In this document: piece after piece, positions 1 to 8,699 of the stretch
Position numbering within the stretch: the first letter of the stretch is position 1
How the letters are laid out: each line of letters starts with the position of its first letter
Assembly (NCBI GenBank): GCA_039812785.1
Contig: JBDIBE010000001.1
Location: 1 to 35,424, forward strand
Source: Thermoanaerobaculia bacterium
Lineage (GTDB): Bacteria > Acidobacteriota > Thermoanaerobaculia > UBA5066
DNA length: 35,424 bases
Direction of reading: 5' to 3'
Translations under genes and position numbers: made by a program
Notes under the pieces: generated by a model
What the model was told of the DNA's origin: nothing
The model's input: the letters and a program-made list of their open reading frames with translations, nothing else
Database searches by the model: none

Positions 1-1791
1 GTCGTCGCCTACCTGTTCGGGCCGCTCTTCGACCAGGTGCTGACGCCGCGCCAGGGCGCGGCCGTGAAGCAGGAGCTGGCGGCCGACCCCGCCGCGCGCG
101 GCCTCGGCCGGGCGCTCGGCGCCGGCGAAGAGGCCCGGAAGACGCCTGTGATCCGCTCCCTGGACCGGGGACTCTCGCGCCTCCAGGACGCGGCCGGCGT
201 GACGGACGAGAACCGGGCGCTCGTCCTGCCGCTCATCCTCCTCGTCGCGTTCGTCCTCAAGAACGCCTGCGCCTTCGCCGCCGAGTACCGCTTCAACGCG
301 GTCGGACTCGCCTTCGTGAGGGACGTCAGGCTCCTCGTCTACCAGAAGCTCCTCGGCCAGTCGGGCGACTTCCACGCGAAGAACCCGTCCGGCGACCTCG
401 TCTCGCGTGTGACGGGGGACGTAGACCGGATCCAGAACCTCTTCGGGACCGACCTCGCGGACCTCGTCCAGTCGATCGCGACGATCCTCGGTCTCTCGGT
501 CCTCATCGTGTCTCGCTCCCCGGAGCTGACGCTCGTCGCCCTCTTCGTCGCGCCCGCGATCGTCGTGCCGGTGGCCCTCATCGCGAACCGCCTCCGCCGC
601 CTCTCGAAGGCGGGGCGGGAGAAGATGGGCGACCTGACGGGAGTCCTCTCCGAGACGCTCCGGGGCCACCGCGTCGTCCAGGCCTACGGCGCCGAGCGCT
701 ACGAGGCCGACCGCTTCGGCGAGGTGAACGACCGGACGTTCCGCCTCCTGAAGAAGGGGGCGCGCGTCATGGCCCTCTCCTCGCCGCTGATCGAGACGGC
801 GGCCGTCGTCGCCTTCCTCGTCCTCCTCGCGTACGCGGGGAAGAGGATCGAGGCGGGGACGATGACCCTCGGGGCCTTCATCTCCTTCGGAGTCGGCCTC
901 GCGATGATGTACCAGCCGCTGAAGAGGGTGACCCGGATCAACCTCGCCCTCCAGCACGCGCTCGCCTCGGCCCGGCGCCTCTTCGAGGTGCTCGACGCGC
1001 CGGTCCTCGTGGCCGACCGGCCGGGCGCCGCGGCGCTCCCGCCGTTCCGCGAGGAGGTCCGCTTCGAGCGCGTCACGTTCGCCTACCCGGGAGGCCCGGA
1101 CGTCCTCTCCGAGGTCGACCTCGTCGTCCCGCGCGGCTCGGTGACCGCGCTCATCGGGCCGTCCGGCTCGGGGAAGACGACGCTCGCGAACCTCCTTCCG
1201 CGCTTCATGGACGTCGCCTCGGGCCGTGTCGCGATCGACGGGCTCGACGTGCGCGACGTGACGCTCGCCTCGCTCCGCGGCTCGATGGCGCTCGTGACCC
1301 AGGAGGTCGTCCTCTTCGACGACACGGTGCGCCGGAACGTCGCCTACGGCCTCGACGGCGTGCCCGGGGAGAGGCTCCGTGCGGCGCTCGAGGCCGCGAA
1401 CGCCGCCGACTTCGTCGACGCGCTCCCGAAGGGCGTCGACACGCCGGTCGGCGAGGCGGGGGGCCGGCTCTCGGGCGGGCAGAGGCAGCGCCTCGCGATC
1501 GCGCGCGCGCTCCTGAAGGACCCGCCGATCCTGATCCTCGACGAGGCGACCTCCGCGCTCGACACCGAGAGCGAGCGGGCCGTGCAGGCCGCGCTCGAAC
1601 GCCTCATGGCGGGCCGGACGACGCTCGTGATCGCCCACCGCCTCTCGACCGTCCGCCGCGCGGACCAGATCGTCGTCCTCGACCGGGGCCGGGTCGTCGA
1701 ACGGGGGCGCCACGCCGAGCTGCTCGAGCTCGGCGGCGTCTACCGCCGCCTCTACGACCTCGCCGCCTTCGAGGAGGAGGAGACCCCGTGA
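1..1791 (+). CDS. msbA: ABC exporter with fused permease and ATPase halves (ABCB / MsbA-like lipid A flippase family); 5' end cut by the window edge
   Basis: Frame 1 is open from base 1 (VVAYLFGPLFDQVL...), so the Met at 37 is internal. A multi-TM N-terminal half is followed by an NBD with Walker A GPSGSGKTT, ABC signature LSGGQRQRLAIARAL and Walker B ILILDEATSALD. The MsbA call rests on family resemblance and LPS-export context; the substrate cannot be proven from sequence. Confidence 0.7.
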   Translation, partial: VVAYLFGPLFDQVLTPRQGAAVKQELAADPAARGLGRALGAGEEARKTPVIRSLDRGLSRLQDAAGVTDENRALVLPLILLVAFVLKNACAFAAEYRFNAVGLAFVRDVRLLVYQKLLGQSGDFHAKNPSGDLVSRVTGDVDRIQNLFGTDLADLVQSIATILGLSVLIVSRSPELTLVALFVAPAIVVPVALIANRLRRLSKAGREKMGDLTGVLSETLRGHRVVQAYGAERYEADRFGEVNDRTFRLLKKGARVMALSSPLIETAAVVAFLVLLAYAGKRIEAGTMTLGAFISFGVGLAMMYQPLKRVTRINLALQHALASARRLFEVLDAPVLVADRPGAAALPPFREEVRFERVTFAYPGGPDVLSEVDLVVPRGSVTALIGPSGSGKTTLANLLPRFMDVASGRVAIDGLDVRDVTLASLRGSMALVTQEVVLFDDTVRRNVAYGLDGVPGERLRAALEAANAADFVDALPKGVDTPVGEAGGRLSGGQRQRLAIARALLKDPPILILDEATSALDTESERAVQAALERLMAGRTTLVIAHRLSTVRRADQIVVLDRGRVVERGRHAELLELGGVYRRLYDLAAFEEEETP

Positions 1792-2657
1792 AGTCGATGA
1801 CCGGATTCGGCCGCGCCCAGGCGGCGCTGTCCGACGGCACCCAGATCTCGATCACCGTGAGGAGCGTGAACCACCGCTTCCTCGACCTCTCGCTCAAGAT
1901 GCGCGACGACCTCGGCGCGCTCGAGGCGCCGCTCCGCAAGCTCGTGACGCAGTCCGTCGCGCGCGGGCACGTCGACCTCTCCGTCCGCGTGGCGCGGCCG
2001 GCGGGCGGTGCCGTCTCCCTCGACGGCGGGGCGGCGGGGCGCTACGCGGCCGAGTGGCGCCGCCTCGCCGCGGAGAACTCGCTTCCCGCCGAGCTGACCG
2101 CCCGAGACCTCCTCTCGCTCCCCGGCGTCGTCCGGGTCGGCGAGGACGAGGCGGGGGAGGCGCTCGGCGCGGCCGTCCTCGACGCGGCCGCCGCCGCGCT
2201 CTCGGACTTCGATGCCTCCCGGCGGCGCGAGGGCGAAGCGCTGAAGGGCGCACTCTCGGCGATCCTCGAACGGCTCGAGGCGGGCATCGCGAAGGTCGCG
2301 GAGGCGCGCGAGGGGCTCGCCGAGCGCCTCCTCGCGCAGCTCCGCGAGAGGGTCGCGAAGCTCGCCGCGGGGGTGCCCCTCGACGAGGCGCGTCTCGCGC
2401 AGGAGGTCGCGCTCCTCGCCGATCGCGCCGACATCACCGAGGAGATCGACCGCTTCCGCGCCCACCTCGTCGAGGCGCGCCGGCTCCTCGGCGGCGGGAC
2501 CGCCTCGGGAAAGAGGCTCGACGTCCTCGCCCAGGAGCTCCACCGCGAGGCGAACACCTCGAGCCAGAAGGCGCGGGAGCTGCCCCTGACGCGCGTCCTC
2601 CTCGACCTCAAGTCGGACGTCGAGGCCCTCAAGGAACAGATCCAGAACGTGGAGTGA
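1788..2657 (+). CDS. yicC: YicC-family stress-induced protein (YloC-like)
   Basis: N-terminus VKSMTGFGRA is typical of YicC/YloC. The C-terminal segment LHREANTSSQKA...DLKSDVEALKEQIQNVE matches the conserved YicC C-terminal domain. The GTG start overlaps the msbA stop (GTGA). Confidence 0.88.
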   Translation: MKSMTGFGRAQAALSDGTQISITVRSVNHRFLDLSLKMRDDLGALEAPLRKLVTQSVARGHVDLSVRVARPAGGAVSLDGGAAGRYAAEWRRLAAENSLPAELTARDLLSLPGVVRVGEDEAGEALGAAVLDAAAAALSDFDASRRREGEALKGALSAILERLEAGIAKVAEAREGLAERLLAQLRERVAKLAAGVPLDEARLAQEVALLADRADITEEIDRFRAHLVEARRLLGGGTASGKRLDVLAQELHREANTSSQKARELPLTRVLLDLKSDVEALKEQIQNVE

Positions 2658-2659
2658 CC

Positions 2660-3286
2660 GTGAGACCGTCCGGAGACCTCTTCATCGTCTCGTCCCCGTC
2701 CGGAGCCGGAAAGACGACGATCATCCGGCGCATCCTCGGCGATCCCGCCTTCGCCGGATCGATCCACTTCTCCGTCTCGCACACGACCCGCTCGCCGCGC
2801 CCGGGCGAGGTTCACGGTCGGGAGTACTTCTTCGTCACGACCGAGGAGTTCGAGTCGCTCGCCGCCCGCGACGGCTTCCTCGAGCACGCCGTCTACGACG
2901 GGAACCACTACGGAACGTCGCGCGGAGAGGTCGAGGCGAGGCTCGGCGCGGGCATGGACGTGATCCTCGACATCGACGTCCAGGGGGCCCGGCAGGTCCG
3001 CTCCCGCATGCCCGACGTGGTGAAGATCATGGTCTTCCCGCCTTCCCGCGAGCTCCTCGAGGAGCGCCTCAGGACGCGAGGCCACAACACGCCGGAGTCG
3101 ATCTCCCGCCGGCTCGGGGCCGCGGCGCGCGAGATGGCGGAGTTCGGCGAGTACGACTATGCGATAATCAACGACGTCCTCGACGCGGCCGTCGACGAGT
3201 TGCGGTCCATCGTCGTGGCCCGCCGGTCGAGCCGCCGGAGGCGGCAGGAGCGGCTGGAGGCCATCCTGAGGACGTTTCCCGCCTGA
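2660..3286 (+). CDS. gmk: Guanylate kinase
   Basis: The real product is the C-terminal 208 aa of track ORF 2054..3286: VRPSGDLFIVSSPSGAGKTTI (P-loop), SHTTRSPRPGEVHGREYFF, YGTS. The GTG at 2660 is in frame. The upstream part of that ORF is Arg/Pro-rich off-frame reading across yicC. Confidence 0.92.
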   Translation: MRPSGDLFIVSSPSGAGKTTIIRRILGDPAFAGSIHFSVSHTTRSPRPGEVHGREYFFVTTEEFESLAARDGFLEHAVYDGNHYGTSRGEVEARLGAGMDVILDIDVQGARQVRSRMPDVVKIMVFPPSRELLEERLRTRGHNTPESISRRLGAAAREMAEFGEYDYAIINDVLDAAVDELRSIVVARRSSRRRRQERLEAILRTFPA

Positions 3287-3344
3287 GGGCGGGGCGAAGT
3301 CGCTACAACGGAACGAGTTACCGAACCAGGACGGAGCCAGCACG

Positions 3345-3617
3345 ATGACCGAATCCCCCGAGACGACCCCGGCCTCGCCCCAGATCGAGTCGAAGTTCCG
3401 GCTCGTCCACATCGCCTCCCGCCGCGCGGAGCAGCTGATGATGGGCGCCCGGCCGAAAGTCGACACGAAGCACACGAAGTACTCCCGCATCGCCCTCGAC
3501 GAGGTCGCTGGCGGGCACGTGAAGTGGCAGCTCGGCCAGAGGGCCGCAGAAGGCGAGGGCGAGATCGAGGCCACGTCGATCGACGCGATCGACCCGCTCC
3601 CGCTCATCACGCCCTAG
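3345..3617 (+). CDS. rpoZ: DNA-directed RNA polymerase subunit omega
   Basis: SKFRLVHIASRRAEQLMMGARPKV is the RpoZ core motif. The size (90 aa) and the position after gmk both fit. Confidence 0.9.
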   Translation: MTESPETTPASPQIESKFRLVHIASRRAEQLMMGARPKVDTKHTKYSRIALDEVAGGHVKWQLGQRAAEGEGEIEATSIDAIDPLPLITP

Positions 3618-3623
3618 GCCGGA

Positions 3624-4877
3624 GTGAGCGGAGGCGCCTCACCGGCCCCGCGCGTCCTCCTCGGCGTCAGCGGCGGGATCGCGGCCTACAAGGCCGCCGA
3701 GATCGTTCGCCTCCTCGTCGACAGGGGGGCGTCCGTGCGGGTCCTGATGACGCCCGCCGCCCAGCGGTTCATCACGCCGCTGACGCTCTCGGTGCTTTCG
3801 AAGTCGCCCGTCGTCGCCGATCTCTGGGACCCGGCGTCGGGCGCCGTCGACCACATCGAGCTCGCCCGGTGGGGAGAGGTCCTCGCCGTCGCCCCGGCGA
3901 CGGCCGACGTCCTCGCGAAGATGGCCCGCGGCATCGGCGACGAGGCCCTCTCGACCTACGCGCTCGCCCACCGCCGCGCGATCGTCGTCGCGCCCGCGAT
4001 GAACACGTGGATGTGGGCCCACCCGGCGACCCAGGAGAACGTCCGCATTCTGCGCGGCCGCGGCGCGGTCGTCGTCGATCCCGAGTCGGGCGACCTCGCG
4101 TGCGGCGACGTCGGTCCCGGCCGGATGGCTGCGCCCTCCCGGATCGTCGAGGCCGTCCTCGGCGCGGCGCGGGTCTCGCGGAGCCTCGCCGGCCGCAGGC
4201 TCGTCGTCACCGCGGGGCCCACCCGCGAGCCGATCGACCCCGTCCGTTTCCTGACGAACCGCAGCTCGGGCCGGATGGGCTACGCCCTCGCGCGCGAGGC
4301 GGAGAAGCGGGGCGCCGAGGTCGTCCTCGTGAGCGGCCCGGTCGCGATCGACCCGCCCCCGAACGTCCGCCTCGTGCGCGTCGACCGGACCGCCGAGATG
4401 CGCGACGCCGTGCTCGCCGAGCTGCCGTCCTCCGACGCGCTCGTCATGGCCGCCGCGCCGGCCGACTTCCAGGCAGAGGCCTTCACCCCGAGGAAGATCA
4501 AGCGCGCCGGCGGGATCCCCGAGATCCGCCTCGCTCTCGCGCCCGACATCCTCGCCGCCGTCCGCGACGTCCGGACCTCCCGCCAGGTCGTCGTCGCGTT
4601 CGCGGCGGAGACCGACGACCTCGCCGGGAACGCCCGGAAGAAGCTCCTCGACAAGGGGGCCGATCTCCTCGTCGCCAACGACGTCTCCCGCTCCGGCATC
4701 GGCTTCGACAGCGAGGAGAACGAGGTCCTCCTCCTCGCCGCCGGCGAGGCCGAGCCCGTCCCCGTGCCGAAGGCGGCCAAGACCGTCGTCGCGGCACGAA
4801 TCCTCGAGCGCCTCGCGGCGCTCCTCGACGAACGATGCCCCCGCGCGCAAGACGGCCCCGCCCCGACGACCCGCTGA
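3624..4877 (+). CDS. coaBC: Bifunctional phosphopantothenoylcysteine decarboxylase / phosphopantothenate-cysteine ligase
   Basis: The N-terminal flavoprotein domain (LLGVSGGIAAYKAAEIVRLL, PAMNTWMW) is followed by a CoaB domain (VTAGPTREPIDPVRFLTNRSSGRMG, AAAPADF, KIKR, LVANDV). Length is 417 aa. Confidence 0.93.
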   Translation: MSGGASPAPRVLLGVSGGIAAYKAAEIVRLLVDRGASVRVLMTPAAQRFITPLTLSVLSKSPVVADLWDPASGAVDHIELARWGEVLAVAPATADVLAKMARGIGDEALSTYALAHRRAIVVAPAMNTWMWAHPATQENVRILRGRGAVVVDPESGDLACGDVGPGRMAAPSRIVEAVLGAARVSRSLAGRRLVVTAGPTREPIDPVRFLTNRSSGRMGYALAREAEKRGAEVVLVSGPVAIDPPPNVRLVRVDRTAEMRDAVLAELPSSDALVMAAAPADFQAEAFTPRKIKRAGGIPEIRLALAPDILAAVRDVRTSRQVVVAFAAETDDLAGNARKKLLDKGADLLVANDVSRSGIGFDSEENEVLLLAAGEAEPVPVPKAAKTVVAARILERLAALLDERCPRAQDGPAPTTR

Positions 4878-5641
4878 GCTCCGCGCTCGGCTACTTCCGG
4901 GACCTCGGCGTCCGGGAGCTGCTTCTGCCGGGCGCGCCCGTCTCGCGGACGGCGCAGGCCCCGGAGCCGGCGGCCTCGTGGACACCGTCTCGCGAGAAGG
5001 CCGCGGCCTCACCCGCGACGCCCGCCGTCGCGGCGGCCGCCCCGGGGATCGCGCCTGTCTTCGCGGACCTTCCGTCGATCCGCGCCGCCGTCGCCGCCTG
5101 CGAGCTGTGCGGCCTCTGCCGGACGCGGACGCAGACCGTCTTCTCCGACGGCAACGGCTCGAGCCGCCTCATGTTCGTCGGGGAGGCGCCGGGGGCCGAC
5201 GAGGACGCCACGGGCGTGCCGTTCGTCGGACGCGCGGGCCAGCTCCTCACGAAGATGATCGAGGCCGGGATGGGGCTCTCGCGGCAGGACGTCTACATCG
5301 CGAACGTCCTGAAGTGCCGCCCGCCGGGCAACCGGAACCCCGAGCCGGCCGAGATCGCGGCGTGCCGCGACTACCTCGAGGCCCAGATCGATCTCGTCAG
5401 GCCGGCGGTCCTCGTGGCTCTCGGCAAGTTCGCGGCCCACTTCCTCCTCGAGACCGAGGAGCCGATCACGCGGCTCCGCGGGAAGTGGGGCACGCGGCGC
5501 GGGATCCCGGTGATGCCGACCTACCACCCGTCCTTCCTCCTCCGCCAGCCCGAGAGGAAGAAGGAGGCCTGGGAGGACCTCCAGCAGGTCCTCCGGAAGA
5601 TGGGGCTCCCGGTCCCCGGGAAGAAGAAGGGGGAGGCGTGA
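4835..5641 (+). CDS. Uracil-DNA glycosylase, family 4 (Fe-S type)
   Basis: This is the C-terminal part of track ORF 3524..5641: CELCGLCRTRTQTVFSDGN, LMFVGEAPGADEDATGVPFVGRAGQLL, YIANVLKCRPPGNRNP, PTYHPSFLLR. The first in-frame ATG not reading across coaBC off-frame is at 4835, which gives a 43-nt overlap with the coaBC end. The start is less certain than the gene. Confidence 0.85.
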   Translation: MPPRARRPRPDDPLSSALGYFRDLGVRELLLPGAPVSRTAQAPEPAASWTPSREKAAASPATPAVAAAAPGIAPVFADLPSIRAAVAACELCGLCRTRTQTVFSDGNGSSRLMFVGEAPGADEDATGVPFVGRAGQLLTKMIEAGMGLSRQDVYIANVLKCRPPGNRNPEPAEIAACRDYLEAQIDLVRPAVLVALGKFAAHFLLETEEPITRLRGKWGTRRGIPVMPTYHPSFLLRQPERKKEAWEDLQQVLRKMGLPVPGKKKGEA

Positions 5642-6252
5642 CGGCCCGCCGCCTCGCCGGCGCGGCGCTCCTGGCCGGCTTCGCCCTCTTCGCGGCGGCG
5701 CTCGTCGTCTTCGCGCGAGGAGCCGGGCGCGAGGAGGCGGCTCCCGAGCGCTCGCGCGCCGCCCGCCCCGACTCCGGAAGCGGCCGGACTCCCGCGGAGG
5801 AGGCCGCCGTCGCCGCGGTGGCCGCCCAGGGCCTGCGGCCCGCGACCGACGAGGACGCCGAGGAGTCCGAGGGGCGCGACGACCTGCGGACCCTCTACGG
5901 CGACTACCGCCCCTACTTCGTCCGCGGCGACCTCGACGGCGACGGCCGGATCGATTTCGCGCAGGCCTTCGTCCGGCGCGACGGCCCCGAGCCGCTCTTC
6001 GACGTCGCCGTCTTCTTCGGGACGCCGGCCGGCTTCTCGCCGCCCGTGTGGGTCGAGCGCGGAGTCCCCCTGTCGACGGGGGACCTGAGCATCGACCGGT
6101 CGGTCCTCGTCGTCACCGACGACGTGGAGCAGGACGCGTCCCGCCGATTCCGGTGGGACGCGGCGAGCGGGCGGTTCGTCGACGTGGACGCCGGCTCCGG
6201 GAACGACGAGGACTGGACGGAGCCCGACGGGGAGCTCCGGACGACGGCCTGA
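5638..6252 (+). CDS. Hypothetical membrane-anchored / exported protein with one DxDGDGxxD calcium-binding-like motif
   Basis: The GTG at 5638 overlaps the UDG stop (GTGA). There is an N-terminal hydrophobic segment LAGAALLAGFALFAAALVVFA, a charged low-complexity linker, then YRPYFVRGDLDGDGRIDFAQAFV. Composition is normal compared with the off-frame part of track ORF 4978..6252. I recognise no family. Confidence 0.6.
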   Translation: MTARRLAGAALLAGFALFAAALVVFARGAGREEAAPERSRAARPDSGSGRTPAEEAAVAAVAAQGLRPATDEDAEESEGRDDLRTLYGDYRPYFVRGDLDGDGRIDFAQAFVRRDGPEPLFDVAVFFGTPAGFSPPVWVERGVPLSTGDLSIDRSVLVVTDDVEQDASRRFRWDAASGRFVDVDAGSGNDEDWTEPDGELRTTA

Positions 6253-6256
6253 GGCC

Positions 6257-8665
6257 GTGGGCGCCGAAGAGCCCCGCCGCGTCGCCGTCCTCCTCCCGGG
6301 CGGCTTCCCGACGCTCGCGACCTACCGCGTCCCGCCCGAGATGCCCGCCCCCGCGCCCGGGGCGCGCGTCGCAGCCCCGTTCGGCAGCCGCCTCCTGACC
6401 GGGGTCGTCGCGCCGGGAGAGGCTCCTCCGCTCCCGGAAGGGACGACCGAGCGGGAGCTCCTCGCCGTCCTCGACGACGAGCCGTTCCTCTCCGAGGCCT
6501 TCGTCGACCTCCTCCTCCGCGCGGCGTCCTACTATTTTTCGCCGCCGGGGGAGCTCCTCCGGGCCGCCGTCCCGTCGCGGCTCCTCGAGACGGGGCAGGC
6601 GTCGTTCGTCCCGACGAGCCGCGCGGTCGGCGCCCGGCCTCCGTCCGGCCTCGCCGGCGAGGTCCTCGCCGCGCTCCTCGAGGAGGGGAGGGCCACGACG
6701 CTCGAGCTCGCGGCGCGCCTCGGCAGCCGCGGGCTCGGGAAGGCGCTCCGCGCGCTCCTCGACGAGGGGCTCGTCCGGGTTCCGTCGGAGGAGATGCGCG
6801 CCTCGCGGCCGCCGCTGACGAAGAGCTGGATCTCGCGCGGCGTTTCCGACGACCCGCGCCTCGCCCGGAGGCCGAAGCAGCGCGCGGCGCTCGCGTTCCT
6901 CGACGCGCTCCGGCGCCCCGCCTCCCCGGAGGAGCTCCGCTCCGCGGGCGTCTCGACGGCGACGCTCGCCGCGCTCGTGAAGGACGGCCTCGCCGCCGTC
7001 GTCGAGGAGGAGCGCCCCGCGAGCGCCGCGGCTCACGCGCTCCCGCCTCGCGCCTCCGCGCCGATCGTCCCGACGCGCGCGCAGGCCGGAGCGATCGAGG
7101 CCGTCGGCGCCGCCCTCGCGCGAGGCGGAGAGGCCCGCTTCCTCCTCGACGGCGTCACCGGGAGCGGCAAGACCGAGGTCTACCTCGCCTCTCTCGAGCG
7201 CGCCATCGCTCTCGGGCGGCAGGGGATCCTCCTCGTCCCCGAGATCGCGCTCGCGCCCGGCCTCATCCGCCGCGTCGTCGGCCGCTTCGGCGAGCGCGTC
7301 GCCCTTCTCCACAGCGGCCTCTCCGACGGCGAGCGATCCGCCGCGTGGGAGCGAGTGAGGCGCGGCGAGGTCGACGCCGTCGTCGGCCCGCGCTCCGCCG
7401 TGTTCGCGCCCCTGCCGCGGCTCGGCCTTCTCGTCGTCGACGAGGCGCACGACGCCGCCTACAAGCAGGCCGAGGCTCCGCGCTACGACGCCCGGACCGT
7501 GGCGCGCGTGAGGGCGCACCGCGAGGGAGCCGTCCTCCTCCTCGGCTCGGCGACGCCGTCGATGGAGCAGGAGCACGCCGCGCGCGAGGGGGGCCTCGTC
7601 CGCCTCGCGCTCCCGGCGCGCCCCGACGCGCGCTCGCGCGCGGACGTGGAGGTCGTCGACCTGCGCGGCGAGGCGGCCCGCCCGGGCGACCACGGGCGCG
7701 TCCTCTTCGCCGCGCGCACGATCGAGCGCCTCGGCGGCGCGCTCGGGCGCGGCGAGCAGGCGATCGTCCTCCTGAACCGGCGCGGCTTCTCGCCGTCGCT
7801 CCTCTGCCGCCGATGCGGCCACGACTTCCGCTGCCCGGCCTGCTCCGTCGCGCGGACCTACCACCGCCGGGGCGAGAGGCTGCTCTGCCATTACTGCGGC
7901 GACTTCGTCCCGCGGCCGCGCGGCTGCCCCGCGTGCCGTTCCGACGTCCTGATGCCGGTCGGCTTCGGAACCGAGCGGCTCGCGGAGCGCTTCGAGGAGC
8001 TCTTCCCGGGGGTGCCCTACGCGGTCCTCGACCGGGACGCCGCCGCCCGGCGGGGAGGAGCCGCCCGCGTTCTCGCCGACTTCGAGTCCGGCGCGGCCCG
8101 CGCGCTCCTCGGGACGCAGATGGTCGCCAAGGGTCACGACTTCCCGAACGCGACGGTCCTCGCCGTCCTCGACGCCGACGCGATCCTCTCGTTCCCCGAC
8201 TTCCGCTCCGCCGAGCGGACGTTCCAGCTCGTGACGCAGGCCGCGGGCCGGGTTGGAAGGGGAGAGAAGCCGGGCGTCGTCGCCGTCCAGACGGCGCGCC
8301 CCGAGCATCCTGCGATCGCCGCCGCGGTCCGCCAGGACCACCCGGCCTTCGCCGAGGAGGAGCTTCGCTTCCGCCGGGCCTTCGGGTACCCGCCCTTCTC
8401 GCACCTGCTCCTCGCCCTCTGGACGGCGAAGGAGCTTCCCGAGGCCGAGGCCGCAGCCCGAGACGGGAAGGCCGCCCTCGCCTCGCTGCCCCGGCTCCGG
8501 CTCCTCGGGCCGGCCCAGGCCCCTCTCGAGCGGCTCAAGGGCCTCTGGCGAGTGCAGCTCCTCGTGAAGTCCGACTCCCGCGAGGCGCTCGCCGAGGCGG
8601 GGGAGCGGCTCCGGGCGCTCCCGACTCCGCCCCGCCTCGACCGCGACCCCCAGAGCCTCCTCTGA
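6257..8665 (+). CDS. priA: Primosomal protein N' (replication restart helicase PriA)
   Basis: Walker A GVTGSGKTEVY, DEAH box VVDEAHD, the PriA-specific Cys-rich insertion CRRCGHDFRCPACSVARTYHRRGERLLCHYCG...CPACRS, and GTQMVAKGHDFPNAT. Confidence 0.93.
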   Translation: MGAEEPRRVAVLLPGGFPTLATYRVPPEMPAPAPGARVAAPFGSRLLTGVVAPGEAPPLPEGTTERELLAVLDDEPFLSEAFVDLLLRAASYYFSPPGELLRAAVPSRLLETGQASFVPTSRAVGARPPSGLAGEVLAALLEEGRATTLELAARLGSRGLGKALRALLDEGLVRVPSEEMRASRPPLTKSWISRGVSDDPRLARRPKQRAALAFLDALRRPASPEELRSAGVSTATLAALVKDGLAAVVEEERPASAAAHALPPRASAPIVPTRAQAGAIEAVGAALARGGEARFLLDGVTGSGKTEVYLASLERAIALGRQGILLVPEIALAPGLIRRVVGRFGERVALLHSGLSDGERSAAWERVRRGEVDAVVGPRSAVFAPLPRLGLLVVDEAHDAAYKQAEAPRYDARTVARVRAHREGAVLLLGSATPSMEQEHAAREGGLVRLALPARPDARSRADVEVVDLRGEAARPGDHGRVLFAARTIERLGGALGRGEQAIVLLNRRGFSPSLLCRRCGHDFRCPACSVARTYHRRGERLLCHYCGDFVPRPRGCPACRSDVLMPVGFGTERLAERFEELFPGVPYAVLDRDAAARRGGAARVLADFESGAARALLGTQMVAKGHDFPNATVLAVLDADAILSFPDFRSAERTFQLVTQAAGRVGRGEKPGVVAVQTARPEHPAIAAAVRQDHPAFAEEELRFRRAFGYPPFSHLLLALWTAKELPEAEAAARDGKAALASLPRLRLLGPAQAPLERLKGLWRVQLLVKSDSREALAEAGERLRALPTPPRLDRDPQSLL

Positions 8666-8684
8666 CGAGCCGGCCGGCCCGGTC

Positions 8685-8693
8685 TGGTACATT
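8685..8693 (+). promoter_or_regulatory. Candidate extended -10 element (TGgTACATT), 6 nt upstream of the accA GTG
   Basis: tggtacatt lies at 8685..8693, followed by ccgcga and then the GTG at 8700. There is no purine-rich SD in between. This is pattern recognition only. Confidence 0.3.
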
Positions 8694-8699
8694 CCGCGA

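Noticed and set aside
3524-4834. N-terminal 437 aa of the 705-aa track ORF 3524..5641
   Set aside because: This part is an Arg/Pro/Gly-rich off-frame reading through coaBC. Only the C-terminal 268 aa (from the ATG at 4835) looks like a real protein (family-4 UDG). The same logic trims ORFs 2054..3286 (gmk), 4978..6252, 10354..13422, 12885..14156, 16493..18265 and 18148..18714.
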